34,150 nucleotides of DNA, taken from a virus (Duplodnaviria; Caudoviricetes). The stretch spans positions 1 to 34,150 of the IMG/VR virus record IMGVR_UViG_3300032266_001063, one strand, 5' to 3'. Each line of letters begins with the position of its first letter. The stretch's first letter is position 1. Shown one piece after another: positions 19,425 through 27,301 of the stretch. The notes under the pieces were generated by a model, which was given only the letters and a program-made list of their open reading frames with translations, searched no databases and was not told the DNA's origin. Both the position numbers and the translations under genes were made by a program.

Positions 19425-21335
19425 ATGACAATAGATGAAATAAATAGAGCATTTGCAAGTAGTAATAGTGTTGATGAATTTTTAAGAGCCGTTGCTTCGG
19501 ATCAATCTTCAGATGCTTCTAAACGAAGTGATTATTATAGCCGTCTTCGTCAAAAAGAAATGACAGATCGTTATAAACCCAATTTTGTTGAAAGAAGGGT
19601 TAAAAATGTTTTCGATGCAATTAAAACTCAAGAAGATTCAGGAATACCAACAATTACTGAACAAATTATAAAATTAAGTGATGCTGAAAAGTTATTATTT
19701 GATGGTAATAATAAATTATTATCATTAGGTAAAATATGGGAAAACATGGCAAGTGGTGTTGAAGGTTTTTTAGAAAATCAAGCACTATTATACCTTAAAG
19801 AACGAAATGGTTTATTAGAAGAAATTAATACAAAGACATCTTTAACTGGTGAATTATCAAGAGATTATAGAGATGAATTACAAAATGCAAGTGTAGAATT
19901 AGTTAGAATAGGTATAGGTTTGGATGAAGTTACAAATGCTTCAACTTCTTTAATAAGTCAAACTGGTAAATTTAAGTTATTGAACCAAGAAACTTGGGTT
20001 GAAGGTGGTAAGGTAGCTAAAGCATTTGTTGGCGATTTAGAAGATATGGTAAGGAGTTATGTTGCTTTTGAAAAAGTTGGTTATGGTGCAAGTGATACTA
20101 ATAAAATTTTAGAGACAGTAAGTAAAAATAGTATAGGTGTTGGTATAGAATCACGTAGAGTTACAAAAGATTTACGTGAAAATATTGGTAAATTAAATGA
20201 ATTTGGTTTCAAAAATGGTGTTCAAGGTTTAGGTGAAATGGTTAAAAAATCAATTGAATTTAGATCTAATCTTCAATCAACTTTTACTGTTGCTGAACAA
20301 CTATTTGATTTTAATAGTGCATTAGAAATGAGTGCTAAGTTGCAAGCATTAGGTGGTGCAATTGGTAATTTTGGTGATCCTTCTAAAATGGTTAATCTTG
20401 CAATTGATGATGTTGAAGGGTTACAAGATTCTATCGTTGGTCTTACAAAAGATTTAGTTGTATTTAATAGTGCACAAGGAAAATTTGAAATTACTGGTTA
20501 TAATATGTTAATTGGAAGAGAGAGAGCAAAAGCAATAGGTATGCAATATAGTGAATTTGCTGATATAGCTGTTGCAGCAGGTGAAAAAGCATTGGCTAAA
20601 AGTAATTTATTTGGTGCTAAAATTGATAAAAAATATATTGATGAAGATTTAAAAGAGTTTTTAACCAATATGGCTCAAATGGAAGGTGGTGAATTAAAAA
20701 TAAAAATTCCAAACGATTTAAAAGAAGAATTTAAAGAATTTAAACTAACTGATAATATGGCAAGTTTGAAAGATATTAGTCGTAACGAAGAATTATCAAA
20801 AAAATTTAAAGAATTACAAGGTGAATTTAAAAATATATCCAAAGAAGATATAATTAAAAATCAAGCAAGTAGTGTTAAAAATATTGAAAGGTATGTTAGT
20901 TTTTTAGCTGCATCAGTTAGAGTTAAAGGTGGTCAAGCTATAGCTAAATTAGCTGATGCGTATGGTTTCAAATTAGTTGAAGAAATTAAAGAACTTTCAA
21001 CTAATATTACCAAAACAAAATATGGAAATATGGCTGCTGAAGGTGTAATTAAAAATGTTGCAAAATTAACAGGTATTGATAGTAAAGAAATAAGGGAATT
21101 TTTAAATGGTGAAACTTTAGCTAAGGAAAAAGAAGCTAAAGCTAAAGAACAGGAAAAAGCAAATAAAAAAGAACAACAAGTCATAAAACATGAAGTGACT
21201 GTTTTAGTGAAAAATGATGGTGCACCATTAGATGCTATGACAAGAGAAATTGGTAAAAGTCCAAGTTTTACTAAAGCATTTAGAGAACAAATAGAAAGTG
21301 CTTATACTAATAATAATAATGTTAAAACTAATTAA
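19425..21335 (+). CDS. Tail tape measure protein
   Basis: 636 aa, helical and Ala/Gly/Leu-rich (ALEMSAKLQALGG, RERAKAIGM); follows the chaperone pair. Confidence 0.75.
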   Translation: MTIDEINRAFASSNSVDEFLRAVASDQSSDASKRSDYYSRLRQKEMTDRYKPNFVERRVKNVFDAIKTQEDSGIPTITEQIIKLSDAEKLLFDGNNKLLSLGKIWENMASGVEGFLENQALLYLKERNGLLEEINTKTSLTGELSRDYRDELQNASVELVRIGIGLDEVTNASTSLISQTGKFKLLNQETWVEGGKVAKAFVGDLEDMVRSYVAFEKVGYGASDTNKILETVSKNSIGVGIESRRVTKDLRENIGKLNEFGFKNGVQGLGEMVKKSIEFRSNLQSTFTVAEQLFDFNSALEMSAKLQALGGAIGNFGDPSKMVNLAIDDVEGLQDSIVGLTKDLVVFNSAQGKFEITGYNMLIGRERAKAIGMQYSEFADIAVAAGEKALAKSNLFGAKIDKKYIDEDLKEFLTNMAQMEGGELKIKIPNDLKEEFKEFKLTDNMASLKDISRNEELSKKFKELQGEFKNISKEDIIKNQASSVKNIERYVSFLAASVRVKGGQAIAKLADAYGFKLVEEIKELSTNITKTKYGNMAAEGVIKNVAKLTGIDSKEIREFLNGETLAKEKEAKAKEQEKANKKEQQVIKHEVTVLVKNDGAPLDAMTREIGKSPSFTKAFREQIESAYTNNNNVKTN

Positions 21336-21535
21336 CCTTTAATAATATTTGAAAATATCATAATATTATCACTAATATTATGATAAAATCTTTCTTCTCT
21401 TTCTTCTTTAATAAAAAAATCTAATTCATTTTGAAGATTATCTAAAATAGTTCTCCTAATTAATCTTCTAACAATATTGATTTCGTCTTTATAAATGTCA
21501 TTATCAAAATAGTGACTACAATTTATATTTCTCAT
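21332..21535 (-). CDS. Small hypothetical protein
   Basis: 67 aa; ATGA start/stop coupling with the upstream ORF. Confidence 0.6.
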   Translation of the reverse strand: MRNINCSHYFDNDIYKDEINIVRRLIRRTILDNLQNELDFFIKEEREERFYHNISDNIMIFSNIIKG

Positions 21536-21726
21536 ATTATTATTTCTCTAAAATTTTCACCTAAACCAATATGAATATTAGAAATTCCTAAATCAAAAAT
21601 TTGAAAAATTTCATATTCCATTAACGATAGGGCTGAATCTATATATTTATTTATAATAAAAAAATATCTCTCAGTTGATGTAACTGTTTGATAAAATGGT
21701 CCAAAATTATATGTATTTTCTTCCAT
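21532..21726 (-). CDS. Small hypothetical protein
   Basis: 64 aa ORF in the coupled micro-ORF string. Confidence 0.6.
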   Translation of the reverse strand: MEENTYNFGPFYQTVTSTERYFFIINKYIDSALSLMEYEIFQIFDLGISNIHIGLGENFREIII

Positions 21727-21789
21727 ATTAAATTGATTATTGATTAAATAGTTTTTTTAATTCTTGTCTAAAACTTAAAAAAAGTATTA

Positions 21790-21865
21790 TTTAAATTCTA
21801 TTATATATTTTATTTATAATAAAAAAATATCTCTCAGTTCATGTAACTGTTTTAAAATAGTTCAT
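21790..21865 (-). pseudogene. Decayed paralogue of ORF 21532..21726
   Basis: MNYFKTVT*TERYFFIINK versus FYQTVTSTERYFFIINK: TCA>TGA plus a 1-nt insertion. About 50-bp direct repeat at 21641-21689/21803-21852. Confidence 0.7.
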
Positions 21866-22001
21866 GCCTTAATTTAATAATTACCCTAATATCATTATCA
21901 TTAATTATTTCTAAATTTAAGCAAATTCTAATTATATCATAAAAATTAAAATTGCTAACTTTAGGAAATTCATAAATTAAATTATATATAAATACTTTCA
22001 T
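21852..22001 (-). CDS. Small hypothetical protein (49 aa, below the ORF-track cutoff)
   Basis: MKVFIYNLIYEFPKVSNFNFYDIIRICLNLEIINDNDIRVIIKLRHELF*; ATGA overlap with ORF 21998..22198. Confidence 0.5.
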   Translation of the reverse strand: MKVFIYNLIYEFPKVSNFNFYDIIRICLNLEIINDNDIRVIIKLRHELF

Positions 22002-22198
22002 TTTATATTTTCAATAATAAAAAATTCTTTAAAAATAAAAGTATTTAATTCAAAAAAAATACTATCAAATATTGGGATTTTATCAAATACATAATTAATA
22101 TTATACGGTTTCCATGATGAAACAGATGTAAATAAAAATTTTTCAAAATTTGGTAAACTTATAAAATTATAACCTGAAATTAAATCTATTGGTTTCAT
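21998..22198 (-). CDS. Small hypothetical protein containing an inverted 41-bp copy of the neighbouring gene
   Basis: 66 aa; ATGA-coupled on both sides. Confidence 0.55.
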   Translation of the reverse strand: MKPIDLISGYNFISLPNFEKFLFTSVSSWKPYNINYVFDKIPIFDSIFFELNTFIFKEFFIIENIK

Positions 22199-22540
22199 AA
22201 TTTTGTTTCTTTATATTCTTTGTCAGAATAAATAAAATTATTAATATTTTCGATTTCTAATGTTTCCATATTTTTTATATATTTCTTACCTTCTCCTTTT
22301 TTTAAATAGGCAATAGTTAAATGTGGAATATAGTTTGGATAGTTAGATGTATATTCAAAATTTCCTTTCATTAATTTATTTAATTTAGCTAAATCATTAG
22401 ATATTACATTAAATTTTAATACATCATATTCATCATTTTCAAATAAACTCATTTTATCAATGGATAAATTAACTGTTTTATCTTTTAATAATTTTTTCAT
22501 TTTATTTACATCTGTTTCATCATGGAAACCGTATAATATT
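22097..22540. repeat. Perfect 41-bp inverted repeat (22097-22137 / 22500-22540)
   Basis: AATATTATACGGTTTCCATGATGAAACAGATGTAAATAAAA and its exact reverse complement, 362 bp apart. Confidence 0.92.
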
Positions 22541-22686
22541 GTTATATGTGGATCTTTTTCTAACCCATCACTCACACTATCTTTATTAATATATAAATCT
22601 TTCTTATCTATTTTTGATAAAATCTTATCCCAATTCTTTATTGGAATTTTTATCATTAAACATCCGTATTTCTCGTTATTTATCAT
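22195..22686 (-). CDS. acb1: 2H phosphoesterase, Acb1/T4 gp57B-like (candidate anti-CBASS nuclease)
   Basis: Two HxT motifs, PHITILYG and PHLTIAY, about 75 aa apart in a 163-aa stand-alone protein; YPNYIPH context. Confidence 0.72.
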   Translation of the reverse strand: MINNEKYGCLMIKIPIKNWDKILSKIDKKDLYINKDSVSDGLEKDPHITILYGFHDETDVNKMKKLLKDKTVNLSIDKMSLFENDEYDVLKFNVISNDLAKLNKLMKGNFEYTSNYPNYIPHLTIAYLKKGEGKKYIKNMETLEIENINNFIYSDKEYKETKL

Positions 22687-22695
22687 TTTATTTAT

Positions 22696-22887
22696 TTATT
22701 TATTTCTTTCGTAATATATCTCGATAAAATCTTGTTGCAATTCAGTTCCATTATAAAACCTTGTCATTCCATTATTATTTAAATCATTGAAGTAATCAAT
22801 AAATTTTAATTTATTAATATTAACTGTAAAATATTTTTTAAAATTAAATCTATATCCTAACTTCCATAAATTTTTATTTTCGTTCAT
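22696..22887 (-). CDS. Small hypothetical protein
   Basis: 63 aa ORF overlapping the end of the upstream endonuclease gene. Confidence 0.55.
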   Translation of the reverse strand: MNENKNLWKLGYRFNFKKYFTVNINKLKFIDYFNDLNNNGMTRFYNGTELQQDFIEIYYERNK

Positions 22888-24466
22888 TATTATATTCCCA
22901 TTTTAAATTACCACAGTCGTAAATTCTATATATTTTCCTATCAAACATAATTTCTTTTTCTGTTTTATTTTTATCAAAACCATGTTTAACTAATTCAGAT
23001 TTTCTAAAATTATATCTATGATATTTTTCACCATTTACAACATACCAATAATTTGGTAATGTTACTGAGGTTTTTTTAAATCCTAATTTTTCATACATAT
23101 TTCCATTAAAATATCTAATATCTGAATAAGATATTATTTTACTTGGATTAATATTCTTTATGAAATGTTTAAATAATCTATCAGCACCACCTATGACTGT
23201 TGTATTAATTTTATTAACAAACCTTGTTAATTCATATTCATCTTCCTTACCACCTAAAAACTTTCTACCTTTTGAGAACGTCATTAATGATACTAAATTA
23301 TTTTCAAAATATAAACCATATTTGTATTTTGTTATTACTGTTCCTTGAATATGATTCTCAAATAAAAATTTATTGGTTGTTATTGTATCAACTTCTCTTA
23401 TCTCACAATTTCTTGCATATATTCTATTTTTATTTAAATTTAATCTATTTGATAATATTGATTTTACAATGTCTTGTTTATTATTCCATTCATCTTCAAA
23501 TATATGAATTAATTCATAACCTTTACTATTGCATATATTAGTCTTATTTAAATGATATTTAGAATCCCTAAATAATTCATTATGCCAATATAACCCATTA
23601 AATTCAATAGCAAGTTTCTTATCATGAATAAGAAAATATAATTGTTGATTATTACTTAAGAATTTATTATTTGAAGTTTCAAATTCAATATTATTATCAA
23701 TTAAAAATTGAGATATAATTATTTCATATGTACTTTTATTTTTAAAACCCTTTGGGTTACATTTAGTACATAATGTATGTGATAACTTTAATCTACCTTT
23801 AAATAAATGTTTAGTAGTTTTAAAAATATTATTACAACTATCACATTTTATCGTTAAAATATTATCTGTTATATTAATTATTGGTTGGTCATTATAAATT
23901 ATTTTATATTTACCATTTATAATTTCTTTAAACTTGTCAGTTTTACTAAAATATTCATTACCATACTTTAATAAATTAGTTTCTTTTGCCTTTACAATAT
24001 TTACGTAATTTTCTTTTCCGTATTTATCAAACTTTGTTTTCTTTTGTTTTTCTAAATTATTGTAATTCTCGTCACCATATCTTAATAATTTAGTTTCTTT
24101 TTGTTTTTTTGTAAAACTTTTATGACTTGGGAAGTAATCAACATTATATTTTTCATTTAATGTTTTCTTTTGTCTTTCATTTAATATTTCAATGCTATTA
24201 TTTGCACATAACAAAGAACAAAAATCACCATAAGGTTTATCAAACCTATCCCTAAATTTAATATCACTTCCGCACTTTAAACATTTTGGTCTATTTGTTA
24301 ATTTATTAAAGAAAAACCAAATCTTCTCTTTAAAATTCATTTCTAAACCATTATTTTCATTATATCTAAGTATATCTACATAAATTTCATTATGATTCTT
24401 TGATAACCACTTTTCATTGGTTTTATAACCACTCTTGTTATCAGTTAAGAAAAAATTTATATCCAT
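22874..24466 (-). CDS. Hef-like free-standing homing endonuclease: Zn fingers, (K/R)YG repeats, Vsr-like nuclease and GNAT-like C-terminal domain
   Basis: CxxC pairs; RYGDEN/KYGKEN/KYGNEY repeats; LAIEFNGLYWH...LIHIFEDEW; YARNC...ENHIQG...ELTRF...SYSDIR...YEKLGF. Confidence 0.75.
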   Translation of the reverse strand: MDINFFLTDNKSGYKTNEKWLSKNHNEIYVDILRYNENNGLEMNFKEKIWFFFNKLTNRPKCLKCGSDIKFRDRFDKPYGDFCSLLCANNSIEILNERQKKTLNEKYNVDYFPSHKSFTKKQKETKLLRYGDENYNNLEKQKKTKFDKYGKENYVNIVKAKETNLLKYGNEYFSKTDKFKEIINGKYKIIYNDQPIINITDNILTIKCDSCNNIFKTTKHLFKGRLKLSHTLCTKCNPKGFKNKSTYEIIISQFLIDNNIEFETSNNKFLSNNQQLYFLIHDKKLAIEFNGLYWHNELFRDSKYHLNKTNICNSKGYELIHIFEDEWNNKQDIVKSILSNRLNLNKNRIYARNCEIREVDTITTNKFLFENHIQGTVITKYKYGLYFENNLVSLMTFSKGRKFLGGKEDEYELTRFVNKINTTVIGGADRLFKHFIKNINPSKIISYSDIRYFNGNMYEKLGFKKTSVTLPNYWYVVNGEKYHRYNFRKSELVKHGFDKNKTEKEIMFDRKIYRIYDCGNLKWEYNNERK

Positions 24467-24506
24467 TTATTATGTTTTTTAACAAAGGTAATAATATTTT
24501 AATAAT

Positions 24507-25406
24507 TTACAATAATTCTCTCATTAGTTCAGAAGTTACCCATTCAGGACGTTCATTTATATCCTTTTCCCAAAATCTTAAAAGTTTAATATTATTGTTT
24601 TGACAGTAAGTATTTTTTCTTTTATCATTTATAATATTTTTTTTCTGTATATCATAAATTGGTGTTGCATGAATTGTATTTGGATTACAATGGTAAAAAT
24701 CTCCATCAACTTCAATTAATATATTTTTATTGGTAATATGAAAGTCAAAAAAACTCTTAATTTTATCAATTAAAAATGAATGTGTGTAATCAGTATCTTT
24801 AACTAAACCAATATTATTTAATATTTTTTCAAATGTTATTTCTAATTTAGATGTTTTAACTTTTGAGTTATCTTTCATCCATCTTAATCTAATTTTAGAT
24901 TGTTCAATTCTTAAATTAGGGTTTCTTTCATGATTATCTAATTGTGATTTAGATAAATTATTTCTATGCTCAATAGTTGGAATTTTACCTTTTAAAGAAT
25001 TAGATATTTTTCTACCTCTTTCTTTATCATTCCTAAGTTTTTCTTTTATTGATTCAATTTTATCTTTTGTTTCTTGATTATCATTCTCCCACCAACCTTT
25101 ATATAAACCTTTCTTCCAATTTTCAGATTGAGTTTTTGCACTTTTTAATTTAGTTTCAGGATTTTTTTGAAAATTATTATTTACTCTATTGTGATGTGAT
25201 TGTACAAATCTACTAAAACCTTTAGTTATGCTAATAAAACCAACTGATTCTCCACATCCACATATGCAAGTTGGTTTCACTCCATTTAATTCATAATGAA
25301 TATAACATTCCTCAGAAGTCATATTATGCTTTTGTGATGAATGTCTTAATAATGAATATAATTTATCATATTCTTTTTCACAATCTTTACATTTATATTT
25401 TTCCAT
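24507..25406 (-). CDS. Free-standing Vsr/DUF559-like (EDxHD) endonuclease with C2H2 zinc finger
   Basis: YKCKDC...HSSQKH; CICGCG; FDF...IEVDGDFYH...DKRKN...LLRFWE. Probable start MEKYKC at 25406. Confidence 0.78.
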   Translation of the reverse strand: MEKYKCKDCEKEYDKLYSLLRHSSQKHNMTSEECYIHYELNGVKPTCICGCGESVGFISITKGFSRFVQSHHNRVNNNFQKNPETKLKSAKTQSENWKKGLYKGWWENDNQETKDKIESIKEKLRNDKERGRKISNSLKGKIPTIEHRNNLSKSQLDNHERNPNLRIEQSKIRLRWMKDNSKVKTSKLEITFEKILNNIGLVKDTDYTHSFLIDKIKSFFDFHITNKNILIEVDGDFYHCNPNTIHATPIYDIQKKNIINDKRKNTYCQNNNIKLLRFWEKDINERPEWVTSELMRELL

Positions 25407-25430
25407 TTCTATTTCTATTTCTATTTCTAT
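25405..25430. repeat. (ATTTCT)4 hexamer microsatellite at the endonuclease start
   Basis: Seen directly; it accounts for IEIEIEIE in the ORF track. Confidence 0.85.
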
Positions 25431-25452
25431 TTTAAGATACAAAATAAATAAA

Positions 25453-25484
25453 TTAACCCCAAATAAACTAATATTTGAGGTTAA
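25453..25484 (-). terminator. Probable intrinsic terminator after the tail tube gene
   Basis: 13-bp stem TTAACCTCAAATA/TATTTGGGGTTAA (U-G pair on this strand) followed by TTTATTTATTTT. Confidence 0.6.
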
Positions 25485-25524
25485 ATATATAAATTGTATT
25501 ATTCAAAGAAATTATAGGATAATT

Positions 25525-26013
25525 CTAATAAACCAATATGCAACGATCCATGCGTAAAGAAGCATCAATACTTGCAATTGCATCACTTGAATAATCTAAA
25601 TCTTTAAAATTTAAATTTGTTAAAAATGTTCCTTCCAAAATCCACTTTTCAACTACCACACCACCTGGGTCTAACATCTCCAATTCAATATTTTTCTTAT
25701 ACCCTGATGCATACCCCATTCTACCAGTAACACTCTCAGCGTGCAATCTAAACCATTCCATCAATGCTTGAGATGCTGAAGGACCAATTGGGTCTTTAAA
25801 AGTAACTCTCATTTCTTCCCAATTAAATCTACCAGCAACATATGTTGATGTATTTAAAAATGGGATTTCAACTGAATTGATTTTTGCAACAGGTCTTTGT
25901 GTAGATGTTACGTACCACTCATTTATTCCTAAACTTGAAGGAAATCTTAAAATAAACCTATTTGCTCTCTTTGGCTCGAAAGGGATAGGCATACTCATTA
26001 AAAGGTTTGCCAT
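25525..26013 (-). CDS. Tail tube protein, T4 gp19-like
   Basis: EPKRANRF, YVAGRFNWEEMRVTFKD, GYKKNIELEMLD...W.LEG.F and LDYSS motifs. Probable start MANLLM at 26013. Confidence 0.9.
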   Translation of the reverse strand: MANLLMSMPIPFEPKRANRFILRFPSSLGINEWYVTSTQRPVAKINSVEIPFLNTSTYVAGRFNWEEMRVTFKDPIGPSASQALMEWFRLHAESVTGRMGYASGYKKNIELEMLDPGGVVVEKWILEGTFLTNLNFKDLDYSSDAIASIDASLRMDRCILVY

Positions 26014-26330
26014 ATATTTTTTTTTAATTAATTTTTTACTATCTTTATGTATTATTAACAATAAATATTAAATTAAATGAAAAAGAAAAAATAATTTAAA
26101 TTTATTTTTAATATCAATTTATTAACTTACCAAAAATTAAGTTTAATATAATCAATTGGAATAGGTTTATTTCTTACAAAAACATACCTTAAATAAATTT
26201 TCAATTCTTTTTAAGGTATTCTATCATTACAAATAAAAATATAGGCTTAAAATTGATTTATTGAAGTTTAACTACTTATAAAATAATTTTTAAATAACTA
26301 TTGACTTTTTGAAAATTATTTTTTATATCA

Positions 26331-26582
26331 TGTGCGTACACGCATACGTACACACGCACGCACGTTTTTATATATATAATTATATATTATTAATAATATA
26401 TAATTATATTCCTTATATATATTACTACAGTAATATATATTAATATATAAATCCAGGTATATTATATTAATCCAGGTATATAAATAATAATATAAAATAT
26501 TATAATATAAAATAATAATATATATATATTATCCAGGTATATAAATTTTATATATTAACGTGCGTGCGTGTATATGCGTGTG
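26331..26582. other. Origin-like noncoding element: AT core with three ATCCAGGTAT copies, bracketed by inverted purine-pyrimidine repeats
   Basis: IR ACACGCACGCACGTT at 26352-26366/26557-26571; 10-mers at 26451, 26470 and 26531; about 190 bp nearly pure A/T. Confidence 0.55.
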
Positions 26583-26642
26583 ATAAAATAAAATTTTTAT
26601 TAATCAAATATTTTTATTATTTTTGTTTAAATTTATTTATTA

Positions 26643-27194
26643 GTGATATATTTTATATTAAATAGTGAAAGTAATCATATCAAGATTGGATATAGTGTAA
26701 ATCCATTGAAGAGGATAAAAGCATTACAAACTGGTAATTCTTCTAATTTAGAGATAATTACAGTAATTGAAGGGGATATTAAATTTGAGAGGATATTACA
26801 TTTTAATTTTAAGAAATATAATATTAAAAATGAATGGTATATATATTCAGAAGAAATAAAAGAATTTTTAAATTTTATTAATTATTTATATCTTGTTGAT
26901 AATAAACCTAAAAAATTTTATTTAATATCTTATTTTGAAATTTCAAATTATGATATTAATAGTTTATTTGAAATATTAAAATTTGGGTTATATATTAAAT
27001 CTTATTATGAAAGAGAAATTTTGGATATATATAAAGAATATTTTGAAATTAATTCCAATCCAATAGAATTATTTGAAAGTAAGCATATGATTATTTATAA
27101 AATATTTTTAAATAATATAAGGTACAATAATATCTTGGATGAAATTCATGCATATAGGGTTACAAATGAATTATATGAACCAATATTTGATTAA
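26643..27194 (+). CDS. GIY-YIG superfamily protein, T5orf172/MUG113-like
   Basis: IYFI...IKIGYS.NP.KRIK.LQTGN...E..LH..F.......EWY; GTG start. Confidence 0.8.
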   Translation: MIYFILNSESNHIKIGYSVNPLKRIKALQTGNSSNLEIITVIEGDIKFERILHFNFKKYNIKNEWYIYSEEIKEFLNFINYLYLVDNKPKKFYLISYFEISNYDINSLFEILKFGLYIKSYYEREILDIYKEYFEINSNPIELFESKHMIIYKIFLNNIRYNNILDEIHAYRVTNELYEPIFD

Positions 27195-27222
27195 GGATTG
27201 TCTTATTTATCACATAAATTAT

Positions 27223-27288
27223 GTTTTAAGCTATTAAATATTATTAATAATGTATTTTATCATAAAAATAAAAATAACAGCTTAAAAC
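27223..27288. terminator. Imperfect stem-loop between convergent genes
   Basis: GTTTTAAGCTATTA / TAACAGCTTAAAAC arms. Confidence 0.4.
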
Positions 27289-27301
27289 TGAAATATGGAA
27301 G

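Noticed and set aside
21641-21865. Direct repeat as a DGR template/variable repeat pair
   Set aside because: Too short, the differences are not adenine-specific, and there is no reverse transcriptase in the window.
26014-26061. Upstream starts given by the ORF track for the tube gene (26061), and likewise 25442 and 8755
   Set aside because: The extensions are low-complexity or overlap regulatory motifs; the downstream ATGs at 26013, 25406 and 8698 fit better.
26301-26331. TTGACT sigma70-like -35 element
   Set aside because: No convincing -10 at 16-18 nt spacing, and the other promoters are Bacteroidota-type.
27223-27288. GTTTTAAGCTA resembles the start of a type II CRISPR repeat
   Set aside because: Single stem-loop with no repeat-spacer periodicity and no cas genes; a terminator between convergent genes is simpler.
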